This document shows positions 8,519 through 17,834 of a stretch of 64,000 nt of DNA, piece by piece. Both the position numbers and the translations under genes were made by a program. Position 1 is the first letter of the stretch; each line of letters opens with the position of its first letter. Under the pieces are notes generated by a model. The model was not told the origin of the DNA and ran no database searches. It was given only the letters and a program-made list of their open reading frames with translations. Origin of the DNA: Nitrospirota bacterium (GTDB taxonomy: Bacteria > Nitrospirota > Thermodesulfovibrionia > UBA6902). The stretch is from contig JACRLN010000037.1 in assembly GCA_016215115.1 (NCBI GenBank), positions 30,551-94,550 on the forward strand. Direction: 5' to 3'.

Positions 8519-9741
8519 AAAGAGTGGTAATTACAGGTATCGGGGTGGTCTCCCCGCTGGGAAACAGTGTTGCTTCTTTTATTGACGGGCTTGAGACAGG
8601 GAAAAGCTCGGTCCGTTTTATGGAAGAATGGACCCATTATAACGGCATGAGAAGTTTTGTGGCGGCTCCTGCTGAGCTGAAAGATGAAAAAAAAATTCCG
8701 CGCCAGAACAGACGGACGATGGGGCGTATGAGCATATTTGCTGCGCAGGCTTCTGAGCAGGCGGTTGCGGATTCAGGGATAACTCCTGCTGAGATATCTT
8801 CAGGAAGGACCGGCTGCATCATCGGGTCCACAATGGGAAGCGCAAAGAGCATTAATGACGCATTTGAAATAATGCTCCCCGAAAGAGATTTGACACGGCT
8901 CTCATCCTCTATGTTTTTTCAGTGCATGTCTCATACCGCTACCGTGAATGTTGCACAATATCTGGGATTGACCGGATATTTAATGACCTCGGCAGCGGCA
9001 TGCGCCTCATCTTTGCAGGCGGTCGGCATAGCTTATGATTTAATCAGGCTGGGAAGGCAGGATCTCTTCTTATGCGGAGGGACCGAGGAACTTCACCCGA
9101 CTGTTACAGGTTCTTTTGATATCCTTTTTGCGACCTCGGTTAAATACAATCAAGCGCCTCAAAAAACGCCCCGGCCTTTTGACAAAGACCGTGACGGACT
9201 GGTCTGTGGAGAGGGCAGCGGGATAATGGTGTTGGAAGAATATGAACACGCGGTACGCAGAAATGCAAAAATTTATGCTGAAATTGCCGGTTACAGCACA
9301 TTTGGAAGCGGCTCTCACATGAGTCAGTCAGACAAAAAATCCATGATTCATTGCATGAGCGAGGCCCTTCATTCTGCGGATATCAAGCCGGGACAGATAG
9401 ATTATATAAATGCACATGCCACGGGAACGCCGCAGGGAGACAAAGAGGAAGCCGAAGCGATAAAGGAAATATTCGGCGCTTCCGTGCCTGTCAGCAGCCT
9501 GAAAGGTTACATCGGACATACTCTCGGCGCTTCAGGCGCTATTGAATTGATTGCCTCATTAATTATGATGGAAAAGGGCATTATATACCCGACTCTGAAC
9601 CTGAAAGAAATCGATCCTGATTGCGGAGGGATCGCCCATATTACAGGGCCGGTCCGGAAGGAGATAAACACGGTCCTGAAAAACTGTTTCGCCTTTGGCG
9701 GGATCAATGCCTCGCTGGTTTGCAGAAAAAATATATACTAA
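8509..9741 (+). CDS. Beta-ketoacyl-ACP synthase (FabF/ApeR-like KS)
   Basis: 410 aa; active-site Cys in SAAACASSLQA; His motifs NAHATGT and GHTLGASG; start overlaps the upstream stop by 10 nt. Confidence 0.9.
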   Translation: MQLKRVVITGIGVVSPLGNSVASFIDGLETGKSSVRFMEEWTHYNGMRSFVAAPAELKDEKKIPRQNRRTMGRMSIFAAQASEQAVADSGITPAEISSGRTGCIIGSTMGSAKSINDAFEIMLPERDLTRLSSSMFFQCMSHTATVNVAQYLGLTGYLMTSAAACASSLQAVGIAYDLIRLGRQDLFLCGGTEELHPTVTGSFDILFATSVKYNQAPQKTPRPFDKDRDGLVCGEGSGIMVLEEYEHAVRRNAKIYAEIAGYSTFGSGSHMSQSDKKSMIHCMSEALHSADIKPGQIDYINAHATGTPQGDKEEAEAIKEIFGASVPVSSLKGYIGHTLGASGAIELIASLIMMEKGIIYPTLNLKEIDPDCGGIAHITGPVRKEINTVLKNCFAFGGINASLVCRKNIY

Positions 9742-9749
9742 GGGGGTCG

Positions 9750-9902
9750 TAAGTAAAGCCATATTGTTTGTCATTCCCGTGCCTAAAGCACCTACTGTTG
9801 GCAGTCAGTAAGCGGGAATCCAGACAGTTAAGAGGAACTGGATGCCCGATTAAGAACTTCGGGCATGACGGATGAAGTTATACGTGGCTTTACTAATGAA
9901 CT
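9750..9902. repeat. MITE family A copy A3; inverted, near-identical twin of A2
   Basis: 9770-9870 is the reverse complement of 6849-6947 apart from a 2-nt indel (hand alignment). Outer blocks aagtaaagccatattgtttg and gtggctttactaatgaac are present. Confidence 0.9.
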
Positions 9903-9949
9903 CATTAGTATATGACATAACAGACCCTATGACGGAAGGAGACGACTGA

Positions 9950-10216
9950 ATGACCGAACAGGAAATTATCGAGATAACAAACAGGGTGTTTGAAGAATCG
10001 TTTGAGATTGAAAAAGAGAAATTGCATCCGCAGGCGCATATATTTCAGGATCTCGGGATTGACAGTCTTGATGTTGTTGATCTGGTAGTTGCGCTTCAGA
10101 AGAGTTTCGGGGTCAATATACGGAATGAGGAAAAGGTAAGGAACATCCGCACCCTGCAGGATATTTATGATTTTATTGCAGAAATAAAAAACGAAAAAGA
10201 AAGGCAAAGTTACTAA
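9950..10216 (+). CDS. Acyl carrier protein
   Basis: 88 aa; phosphopantetheine attachment motif LGIDSLDVVDLV. Confidence 0.9.
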   Translation: MTEQEIIEITNRVFEESFEIEKEKLHPQAHIFQDLGIDSLDVVDLVVALQKSFGVNIRNEEKVRNIRTLQDIYDFIAEIKNEKERQSY

Positions 10217-10219
10217 GGA

Positions 10220-10339
10220 GTTCATAAGTATGAAGACACGTTTGTCATGCCCGCAGGTAGTAAGCGGGCATCCAGTGCCTTTCTGGACTCCCGCTCAACA
10301 GACTGCGGGAATGACGCATATGTATTCTTACTTATGAAC
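10220..10339. repeat. MITE family A copy A4 (complete, with terminal inverted repeats GTTCATAAGTA / TACTTATGAAC)
   Basis: gttcataagtatgaagacacgtttgtcatgcccgcaggtagtaagcgggcatccag...ctggactcccgctcaacagactgcgggaatgacgcatatgtattcttacttatgaac. Confidence 0.85.
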
Positions 10340-11122
10340 TACTTAGCAAATCGAAAACATTCGCAAATCTCCATGAATTGTTTTATACTATTTTTTCTGA
10401 ATTTATATTTTTATTTCGTTTTTATAATATTTTCCATGATAGGAATTCCTGTTTTAATAATATTTGTCGCTTTTATATCGCTGTTTGCTCCAAAACGTTT
10501 TGTGATGAAACGTTTCCGCCGTTCTATAAGCTGGTACGGCAAAGGGGTGACTCTGGTTTTTTTCCCGTTTATACGGCTCCGTTATGAGGACCACTCAAAA
10601 AACGACTCGCAGGAACCATATATCTTTGTCAGCAACCACAGGGCCGCGTCGGATGCGTTTTTGATGTGCGTATTGCCGCATGAAGCTGTGCAGGTTGTAA
10701 ATGTCTGGCCGTTCCGTATCCCGGTTCTCGGTTTTTTTGCCCGGCTTGCCGGCTATTTAAATATCAGAATGATAAGCCACGAACTGTTTCTTGAGAAGGC
10801 CCTGAAATTACTGGAGGAGAAAGTCTCCATCATATTTTTTCCGGAAGGAACACGTTCAGGCGGCAAACAGGTAGGCAATTTTCACGGATCTGCATTCCGT
10901 CTTGCGCTGGCGTCAAAAGCTTCTATCGTTCCACTCTGCATCACGGGGAATGAGAATATGCCGCCGAAGGGTTCATGGCTTATGAGACCCGGCACCATCA
11001 TTGTGCGCAGGCTGCCTGCGATTGAATGGCAGGATTACAGAGACATGAATGTGTTTTCATTAAAGAACATGGTACGGGAGATTATAAGCAGGGAATTGTC
11101 ATTGATGGAGAAAGCGGCATGA
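10334..11122 (+). CDS. Lysophospholipid (1-acyl-glycerol-3-phosphate, PlsC-type) acyltransferase, membrane-anchored
   Basis: HX4D motif NHRAASD and FPEGTRS motif; N-terminal TM helices. The ORF-track start 10247 would translate the MITE, so ATG 10334 (or 10373) is preferred. Confidence 0.8.
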   Translation: MNYLANRKHSQISMNCFILFFLNLYFYFVFIIFSMIGIPVLIIFVAFISLFAPKRFVMKRFRRSISWYGKGVTLVFFPFIRLRYEDHSKNDSQEPYIFVSNHRAASDAFLMCVLPHEAVQVVNVWPFRIPVLGFFARLAGYLNIRMISHELFLEKALKLLEEKVSIIFFPEGTRSGGKQVGNFHGSAFRLALASKASIVPLCITGNENMPPKGSWLMRPGTIIVRRLPAIEWQDYRDMNVFSLKNMVREIISRELSLMEKAA

Positions 11123-12417
11123 TGGATTTTTATCAATACAGGAATATTGAATTCTCCAGACCGGATGAAATCAAAAATGTGCAGGAGAGGCTTTTGAAAA
11201 ACCATCTCGATTACATTTTTGATCATTCTCAGTACTACCGCAGGGTTTTAAACGGTATTGCTTTAAATAGAATAACCCTCGATGAAATTTCCAGACTGCC
11301 GTTTACGGATAAAGCGGTATTTGAAAATCATAATGACGAATTGCTTTCAGTCCCCGTTTCTAAAATAGTCGACATAGTCCTGTCTTCAGGGACTACAGGC
11401 AAACCCACCAGGATAATGTATACAGAAAATGATTTGCAGAGACTGGCATACAATGAAGAAATTTCTTTTGCCGGATGCGGTATTACCTCTGATGATGTTG
11501 TTTTGCTTACATGCACGATAGACAGGTGTTTTGTTGCCGGGCTTGCATATTTCCTGGGGATAAGAGCGCTTGGAGCCGCTGCTGTCAGAAACGGTCTCAA
11601 TAGCTTTGAAAGCCACATGGAAATGATACGGCGCATGAAACCTACCGTGATTGTCGGAGTGCCGTCGTTCATGCACAAACTGGGACTGTTCCTGCGGTCA
11701 AAGGGCCTTGAGCCCCGCGATAGCAATGTAACGAAACTTGTATGTATCGGTGAGCCCTTGAGGGACCGGGACCTTTCTTTGACGAAGATAGGCGGGTATC
11801 TTGAAGAAATATGGGGTGCAAAGGTATTCTCAACATATGCATCTTCCGAGACGATTACGTCATTCTGCGAATGCTCTGCGCAGAAGGGCGGGCACCTTCA
11901 TCCCGAACTGGCAATAGTTGAAATTGTTGATGACGATGGAGAAGTCCTGCCTTACGGAGAAACCGGAGAAGTGGTCGTAACAACATTTTTTGTAGAGGGA
12001 ATGCCCTTATTGAGATTCAGGACGGGTGATGTGAGTTTTTTAATAAACGAACCGTGCAGTTGCGGCAGGTTTTCGCCAAGACTCGGACCGATACTGGGAA
12101 GAAAAAAACAGATGATAAAATACCGGGGCACCACCCTGTATCCGCAGGCTGTTTATTCAGTGCTTGACGGGATACCGGAGGTTACTGAATACTATGTTAC
12201 CGTTTCCAGCGATTTCGAACTGTCCGATGCGTTGAAGGTATATGTTTCTGTAGAAAACAATGCCTGTTCTGCTGAAAGGATTATGGACAAACTCCAGGCG
12301 CACTTAAGGGTGAGACCGGAAGTTGTAATATCAGGCAAAGATGAGATTCAAAGTCAGCTTTTTTCCGGAAATTCACGGAAGGCAATTCGCTTTATAGACA
12401 GGAGAATAAACCAATGA
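11119..12417 (+). CDS. Adenylate-forming enzyme, phenylacetate-CoA ligase (PaaK)/F390 synthetase-like
   Basis: AMP-binding loop SSGTTGKPT; ~430 aa; ATGA start/stop overlap with the acyltransferase at 11119-11122. Confidence 0.8.
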   Translation: MMDFYQYRNIEFSRPDEIKNVQERLLKNHLDYIFDHSQYYRRVLNGIALNRITLDEISRLPFTDKAVFENHNDELLSVPVSKIVDIVLSSGTTGKPTRIMYTENDLQRLAYNEEISFAGCGITSDDVVLLTCTIDRCFVAGLAYFLGIRALGAAAVRNGLNSFESHMEMIRRMKPTVIVGVPSFMHKLGLFLRSKGLEPRDSNVTKLVCIGEPLRDRDLSLTKIGGYLEEIWGAKVFSTYASSETITSFCECSAQKGGHLHPELAIVEIVDDDGEVLPYGETGEVVVTTFFVEGMPLLRFRTGDVSFLINEPCSCGRFSPRLGPILGRKKQMIKYRGTTLYPQAVYSVLDGIPEVTEYYVTVSSDFELSDALKVYVSVENNACSAERIMDKLQAHLRVRPEVVISGKDEIQSQLFSGNSRKAIRFIDRRINQ

Positions 12418-13889
12418 CGAGATGTCAGCCACGAATATACGGTGCGGAATTTTCCCGGGAAGAGATAGAAGACGCCGCAAGCAGGGGCAGCCTTCTGTCC
12501 ATGGAAATAGAATTTAACCGTGATTGCAATTTCAACTGTATCTACTGTTACGCGCGAAATGGTGTAAGTGGTAAACAGGAGTTGACTGCAGAAGAAATCA
12601 GGGATGTAATCAGTCAGGCGAAAAAAATAGGGGTAAAAAAGATCATCATCCTCGGGGGAGAGCCTATGCTGTATCCCCGGGTTATGGAGATGATAGAGTT
12701 CATAAAAGGGCTTGAGATAGAGATTGAACTCTTCACAAACGGGACCAATATAACGGAAACCCTCGCAAAGAAATTATCCGAAAAAGGCGTTATAGTTGTT
12801 CTGAAATTGAATACATCCGATGAAAAGCTCCAGGATATACTTGCCGGGAGAAAGGGGGCCTACAGGCAGATTCATACTGCACTTGATAATCTGAAAAAGG
12901 CAGGGTATCCTGACGCCACTCCCATGGGAATAAGCACGGTTATATGCCGCCAGAATTTTAACGAGCTTGTTCAGATGTGGGAATGGCTGAGAGAACAGAG
13001 AATTTCCCCGTATTTCGAGATGATAACCCCGCAGGGTAAGGCCAGGGAGAATGACGGTCTGTCGGTTGAATCAGATAAAATCAGGGATCTTTTCTTCAAG
13101 CTTTCCGAGATTGATCGTGAAAAATACGGATACAACTGGTTGCCTCAGCCGCCGCTGGTAGGCGGACAATGCCTTAGACATCAGTTTTCATGCGCCGTTA
13201 ATGTTTATGGAGACGTCAATCCATGTGTCGGGGTCACTATCCCGGTAGGCAATATAAGGGAGAAAAAACTTGCCGACATTATTAAGGACAGTGAAGTTAT
13301 AGAGGACATCAGGAATTATAAAAAATTGATAAAAGGACCTTGCAGTAAATGTGCAAAAAATGACGAATGCTACGGGTGCCGCGGTGCGGCATATCAAATG
13401 ACAGGAGATTATCTGGCCTCAGACCCGCTTTGCTGGGAAAATATAAACAGGCAGGAGGATATTCTTCACCTTCCCGTTGAAACCTCCGGACTTGTTCCAC
13501 ACAAAAAACCTATACTTATCGTGAACAAACTTATTGAGGTCCTGGAAAAGTCGTCTGTTGCAGAGGCGGAAATTACGGAAGACATGATTTTTACAGGTGA
13601 AAACGGGAAACTTGATGATACGTCTTATCCTGAAATAATCTCGCAGGCAATAGCCGCTCAAAACGGACTCAAACACGCAGGAAACGGAGGTTCAGGGTCG
13701 CAGGGACTATTAATCGGGATAAAGAAATTTGAGATTTTAGGCAGCGCCGGAGCCGGTGACAGTCTGAAAGTATTTGTTTACAAGGTAGCCAGATACAGCG
13801 AGTTCGGGATTATCAGAGGAGAAATTTTCAAAGGGCAGGACTTGATTGCCAAAGGCGAGATAACGGTCTGGCACAATGACGATAAATAG
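12414..13889 (+). CDS. Radical SAM/SPASM enzyme fused to a C-terminal FabZ/ApeI-like hotdog domain
   Basis: CNFNCIYC (CxxxCxxC) at 12525-12548; Cys-rich SPASM-like CSKCAKNDECYGC...C. Residues ~350-491 (nt ~13461-13886) start LVPHKKPILIVNKL, compare the FabZ LPHRxPxLLVD. ATGA overlap at the start. Confidence 0.8.
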   Translation: MTRCQPRIYGAEFSREEIEDAASRGSLLSMEIEFNRDCNFNCIYCYARNGVSGKQELTAEEIRDVISQAKKIGVKKIIILGGEPMLYPRVMEMIEFIKGLEIEIELFTNGTNITETLAKKLSEKGVIVVLKLNTSDEKLQDILAGRKGAYRQIHTALDNLKKAGYPDATPMGISTVICRQNFNELVQMWEWLREQRISPYFEMITPQGKARENDGLSVESDKIRDLFFKLSEIDREKYGYNWLPQPPLVGGQCLRHQFSCAVNVYGDVNPCVGVTIPVGNIREKKLADIIKDSEVIEDIRNYKKLIKGPCSKCAKNDECYGCRGAAYQMTGDYLASDPLCWENINRQEDILHLPVETSGLVPHKKPILIVNKLIEVLEKSSVAEAEITEDMIFTGENGKLDDTSYPEIISQAIAAQNGLKHAGNGGSGSQGLLIGIKKFEILGSAGAGDSLKVFVYKVARYSEFGIIRGEIFKGQDLIAKGEITVWHNDDK

Positions 13890-13905
13890 TGCCCTGTCAT
13901 AAGCT

Positions 13906-13934
13906 GTCGTCATTCCCGCGCAAGTGAGAATCCA
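13906..13934. repeat. MITE family A remnant (single degenerate hairpin), copy A5
   Basis: gtcgtcattcccgcgcaagtgagaatcca in the 48-bp gap before the LolA-like gene. Confidence 0.5.
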
Positions 13935-13937
13935 TTG

Positions 13938-14603
13938 ATGAAAATAAACAAAATATTTTTTATATCCTGTCTCGTTACTTGTTTTTTGTTCCTGTTTATC
14001 GCTTCAGCATTGACAGCGGGAGATGAAACCGCTGACATCACAGAAATGCTGAGCAGGCTCGGAGAAAATGTTTCAGCCTTCAGGAGCTTAAAAACGAATT
14101 TTGTTCAAGAGAAGGATCTGGCAATATTTCAAAACAGGATTATCATGAAGGGCAGGATTTATCTGCAAAAGCCGAACAGGATGGCCTGGCATGTTGACGA
14201 GCCTGTTAAATATTCGGTAGTAATTACAGATAAATCCATTCGTCAATGGGATGAAGATACAAACCGGGTTCAGGAGATCGGTTTATCCGGTAATCCCGTT
14301 TTTCAAAATGTACTGAATCAGTTGACAGTATGGTTCTCAGGAGATTATGTTTCACTGCTGAAAGACTATAATGTGCGCATCCTGAAGAAGTCACCTCTTG
14401 TATTTGAGTTTACGCCAAAAGGGAATAATGTTGCAGGAAAGATCATCAAAAACATAACTATCGGTCTCAGGGAAGATGAACGATATTTACAACAGATTAA
14501 GATTCTTGAGATCAGCGGAGACAGCACCACCATCATTTTCAAAGACACCATCTTTAATGCCCCGATTAACGATCCGGACTTTGAGGTAAAGAGGCGTGTT
14601 TGA
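13938..14603 (+). CDS. LolA-like outer-membrane lipoprotein carrier family protein (ApeL-like)
   Basis: ~221 aa; signal peptide KINKIFFISCLVTCFLFLFIASALTA; LolA-like pattern FxQEK...GxIYLQKPNRMAW. Confidence 0.7.
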   Translation: MKINKIFFISCLVTCFLFLFIASALTAGDETADITEMLSRLGENVSAFRSLKTNFVQEKDLAIFQNRIIMKGRIYLQKPNRMAWHVDEPVKYSVVITDKSIRQWDEDTNRVQEIGLSGNPVFQNVLNQLTVWFSGDYVSLLKDYNVRILKKSPLVFEFTPKGNNVAGKIIKNITIGLREDERYLQQIKILEISGDSTTIIFKDTIFNAPINDPDFEVKRRV

Positions 14604-16965
14604 CAGATATGCAAGTCGTTTATACGACTTCACGGCAAGACACAAACGGTTTGTGCAGCTTATCCTCATCTTTTTAATTATTATCAGTCTTGCCGCCCTT
14701 TTTTTTGTGAAGTTTGAGAGCAATATGTCCGAGATCCTGCCCCAGAATAAGATCATCAGCCGGAGCATTGAATTTTTCCGTGATTCAAACATTGCCGGCA
14801 AGGTCATCGTATCTTTAGAACTGACCTCTCCTGACAAAGATCAAAAGGACCTTTTGAGAGAGATTGACTCGCTGGCCGGTTCCATGGACAAGAGTTTGTT
14901 CCCTGCAATTGCTGTCGGTATATCTGAATCTTCATCTGCAAATGCAATAGATAATATGTTTAAAAACCTTCCGGGAATGGTCTCTGAGAGCGAGATTTCT
15001 CAAATTGATTCATGGATAAACGTGGAACGCGTATCTCAAAAACTTCACGACGCCTACCTGCAACTGTTAAAACCCCAGGGGGTTTTCATGAACTCCATGC
15101 TCCGCTCCGATCCGCTTGGATTGAGGATGCTTGTATTTGAAAAACTCAAAACACTGTCATCTTCAACCGGATATGATGTGGAAATAAAAGACGGGCATTT
15201 TATAAGCAGGGACGGCAGGCATGCCATGTTGATTGCAAACTCCGCAGTTCCCGTTACAGATTCTGAAGGCTCAAAGAAATTGCTGGATTCTCTGAAGAAT
15301 AACCTCAAAAAACTGCCTGAATACATCTCGGCTGATATCATTTGCGTACATGCGCATACTGTCAGCAATGAAAAAACAATCAGGAGAGATATAAATTTCA
15401 TCAGCGTTGTCGCGGCGGTGGTCCTGATACTGTTGTACGTTTTTGTCATAAGAGACTTCAGCGCCGTTCTGATATTTTTTGTCCCCGTGATAGCCCTTCT
15501 GTTTTCCATTGTCCTGTCGTATTTTTTTCTTGGGAAACTTTCATACTGGGTAATCGGCTTGGGGTCCACAGTGGCAGGAATTACCATTGATTACGGGACA
15601 CATGTTTATTTTGCTGCAAGGGGGAAGATCGACCCGTCCACTTTTGTAAAGCATGTTATAAAACCGGTCAGCTTCGGCGCATTTACAACCATAGCGATAT
15701 TCATTGCCTTCTTTTTCTCAAAGATTGAGGGCTATAACCAGCTGGCTGTTTTTACAATCATCACCATTATTCTATCAACGGCTGTCTCTATATTTGTGCT
15801 TCCGCATCTCATCGTAAATACAACTGGGAAATCACACTTTGCAGACCATGCTGCAAACAAACTTGAGAACACAAATCTCTCAAACGGCCTGACTGTTTTA
15901 TCATGGTTATTTTTAACATTCGCATTGGCCTCCTTTGCTGCTCATGTAGAGTTTGAGAGGGACATAAAGAAGATTGACGGGACTGAAAAAAACATTATAC
16001 AGGCTGAAGAACGTTTCCATAAAACATGGGGCGGTGAGAAGACACATGCCGTGTTTGTTGTCAGTTCAAAAAATTACGAAGAAGCGCTTGAAGTGAATGA
16101 AAAGATTTACAGTGAGGCTGTGCAGGCTGTTGGGACGGGGAATTTTACCAGCATCGCTTTATTATTGCCGTCTGAAAAGACAAGAAAAGAAAATTCAGAA
16201 CGATGGAACAGATTCTGGTCGGAAGATAGGAGACAGAGGCTCAGGAAATTGTTTTTAGAGGAGGGCCGAAAGTACGATTTTTCAGAAAACGCGTTCGAAC
16301 CGTTTTTCTCGAATCTGAAAGCATATAGTAGTAAAAACGATGTCCCGGATTTCAATTTTTTAGAACGCTTTGTTCATAAAACCAATGACGATTACCGTTT
16401 GATGTCATTTTTCCCTGATACTAAAGAATATGTAGACTTGCTGAATGAAATAAGCACCCGGTATCCGAATACATATCTGGTCTCTGAGACTGTCCTTTCA
16501 GACACTTTGTCTAAAGTTGTTTCCGCAGATTTAAAGCTCATGATATGGATATCGGCTGTAAGTGTAATGGTCCTTACTTACATGTGTTTTTTCAATATCA
16601 GAGAAACCTTGATAGCGCTTGTGCCTCCAGCGACCGGAATTATCTGGCTTATGGGCATCATGTCGCTTCTCGGGCTTTCAATAAATGTTGCTAACATGAT
16701 TGCGGGTGTACTGGCGATAGGGCTTGCTTCGGACTATGGAATATTTATGACATACAGAAGCCGTTTCAATATACAAGCCGGCACCGTCCTGGCGATAACC
16801 CTCTGTACAGTGACCACTCTTATTGGCGCAGGCGTCCTGATTTTTGCAAAACATCCGGCCCTGTCATCAGTAGGAGTAACAATGGTTATCGGCGTAGGCA
16901 CAGGATTTCTTTCCTCAATAGTTGTAGTGCCAAAGCTTTGCGAACTTTTTGTGAAAAAAAGATAG
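14596..16965 (+). CDS. MMPL/RND-superfamily exporter (ApeM-like predicted lipid exporter)
   Basis: 789 aa; two blocks of ~5-6 TM helices, each preceded by a large soluble loop; GTG start overlapping the upstream stop. Confidence 0.8.
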   Translation: MFDRYASRLYDFTARHKRFVQLILIFLIIISLAALFFVKFESNMSEILPQNKIISRSIEFFRDSNIAGKVIVSLELTSPDKDQKDLLREIDSLAGSMDKSLFPAIAVGISESSSANAIDNMFKNLPGMVSESEISQIDSWINVERVSQKLHDAYLQLLKPQGVFMNSMLRSDPLGLRMLVFEKLKTLSSSTGYDVEIKDGHFISRDGRHAMLIANSAVPVTDSEGSKKLLDSLKNNLKKLPEYISADIICVHAHTVSNEKTIRRDINFISVVAAVVLILLYVFVIRDFSAVLIFFVPVIALLFSIVLSYFFLGKLSYWVIGLGSTVAGITIDYGTHVYFAARGKIDPSTFVKHVIKPVSFGAFTTIAIFIAFFFSKIEGYNQLAVFTIITIILSTAVSIFVLPHLIVNTTGKSHFADHAANKLENTNLSNGLTVLSWLFLTFALASFAAHVEFERDIKKIDGTEKNIIQAEERFHKTWGGEKTHAVFVVSSKNYEEALEVNEKIYSEAVQAVGTGNFTSIALLLPSEKTRKENSERWNRFWSEDRRQRLRKLFLEEGRKYDFSENAFEPFFSNLKAYSSKNDVPDFNFLERFVHKTNDDYRLMSFFPDTKEYVDLLNEISTRYPNTYLVSETVLSDTLSKVVSADLKLMIWISAVSVMVLTYMCFFNIRETLIALVPPATGIIWLMGIMSLLGLSINVANMIAGVLAIGLASDYGIFMTYRSRFNIQAGTVLAITLCTVTTLIGAGVLIFAKHPALSSVGVTMVIGVGTGFLSSIVVVPKLCELFVKKR

Positions 16966-16981
16966 GTAGACCTAAAAAAAG

Positions 16982-17147
16982 CAATTGAGCCACAGAGATC
17001 ACAGAGAAAGACTTAAAAGACAATATGTTAAGACATAAAGTCATTTCACCTTTCGGGTGAGAGCAAAACAGATGCAAATATTATGAGTAAGTTTTTGAAT
17101 ACGAATTCTTTTATCTCTGTGTTCTCTGTGTACTCTGTGGTTAATTG
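16982..17147. repeat. MITE family B copy B2 (complete)
   Basis: Terminal inverted repeats caattgagccacagagatcacagagaaag and ctctgtgttctctgtgtactctgtggttaattg. Confidence 0.85.
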
Positions 17148-17168
17148 CCGTTTATAGGGTAGAAAATT

Positions 17169-17834
17169 ATGAAACTGTTAGCGGTAATCTTTATCGTGCT
17201 TGTTTGCGTCGTTGGCTGCAGCGGTATTCCATTTCAGAAAACTTTATACGTTTCGATGGAATCTGTTGACCCGTGGACGCTTGTGGAACAGTTCAGGAAT
17301 AATTCTCCTGAAAAATTCGCGCTCATAAACACAATTGTTTTTGGATACAATTGGAATAAATTATCAGCGTTAGGTTATATAAAGGTAGATGCAGGGGAAA
17401 AGACGTTTACAGCAGTATGCATCAACCCGATGGGCGTGAAGCTGTTTGAATTGACAGGCGATAAAGATAAAATTGATCCCCATTTTGTAATGGAGCAGTT
17501 TTCCAGGAAGGGGAATTTTGCCGGTACGGTAGGAGAGGATATCAGGCGGATCTATTTCGACCTGACACCTTCTGCCGGGGCCGTGGTTAATAAGAAAAAA
17601 ATAAAAATTGTTTTTAGCGAACCTGCGGGGTCAGGTATTTTAGAATATATATTTGCAGGCTCCGCCGGTCTTCTTGTTGAAAAAAATTATTATGAAGATG
17701 GTATATTAAACTGGCGTATTTCCTACTACGAATACCTGCAAAAAGACGGAAAAAATTATCCTTCAGGTATTATTCTGGAAAATTACAGGTATGGATACAG
17801 CCTTACCATAAAATTAAAGGAGATCCGGGGTTGA
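17169..17834 (+). CDS. Lipoprotein, DUF3261/ApeN-like
   Basis: 221 aa; lipobox VVGC after a hydrophobic signal (MKLLAVIFIVLVCVVGCSG); position directly after the MMPL gene, as in ape clusters. Confidence 0.55.
   Translation: MKLLAVIFIVLVCVVGCSGIPFQKTLYVSMESVDPWTLVEQFRNNSPEKFALINTIVFGYNWNKLSALGYIKVDAGEKTFTAVCINPMGVKLFELTGDKDKIDPHFVMEQFSRKGNFAGTVGEDIRRIYFDLTPSAGAVVNKKKIKIVFSEPAGSGILEYIFAGSAGLLVEKNYYEDGILNWRISYYEYLQKDGKNYPSGIILENYRYGYSLTIKLKEIRG

Noticed and set aside
10247-10333. ORF-track N-terminal extensions translated from repeats (10247 for the acyltransferase; likewise 6986, 11026, 18805, 23173, 61619)
   Set aside because: The extensions either encode repeat-derived peptides (MPAGSKRASSAFLDSRSTDCGND) or overlap the upstream gene extensively. 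Internal ATGs with overlap-type coupling or SD sequences give N-termini that match the family norm.
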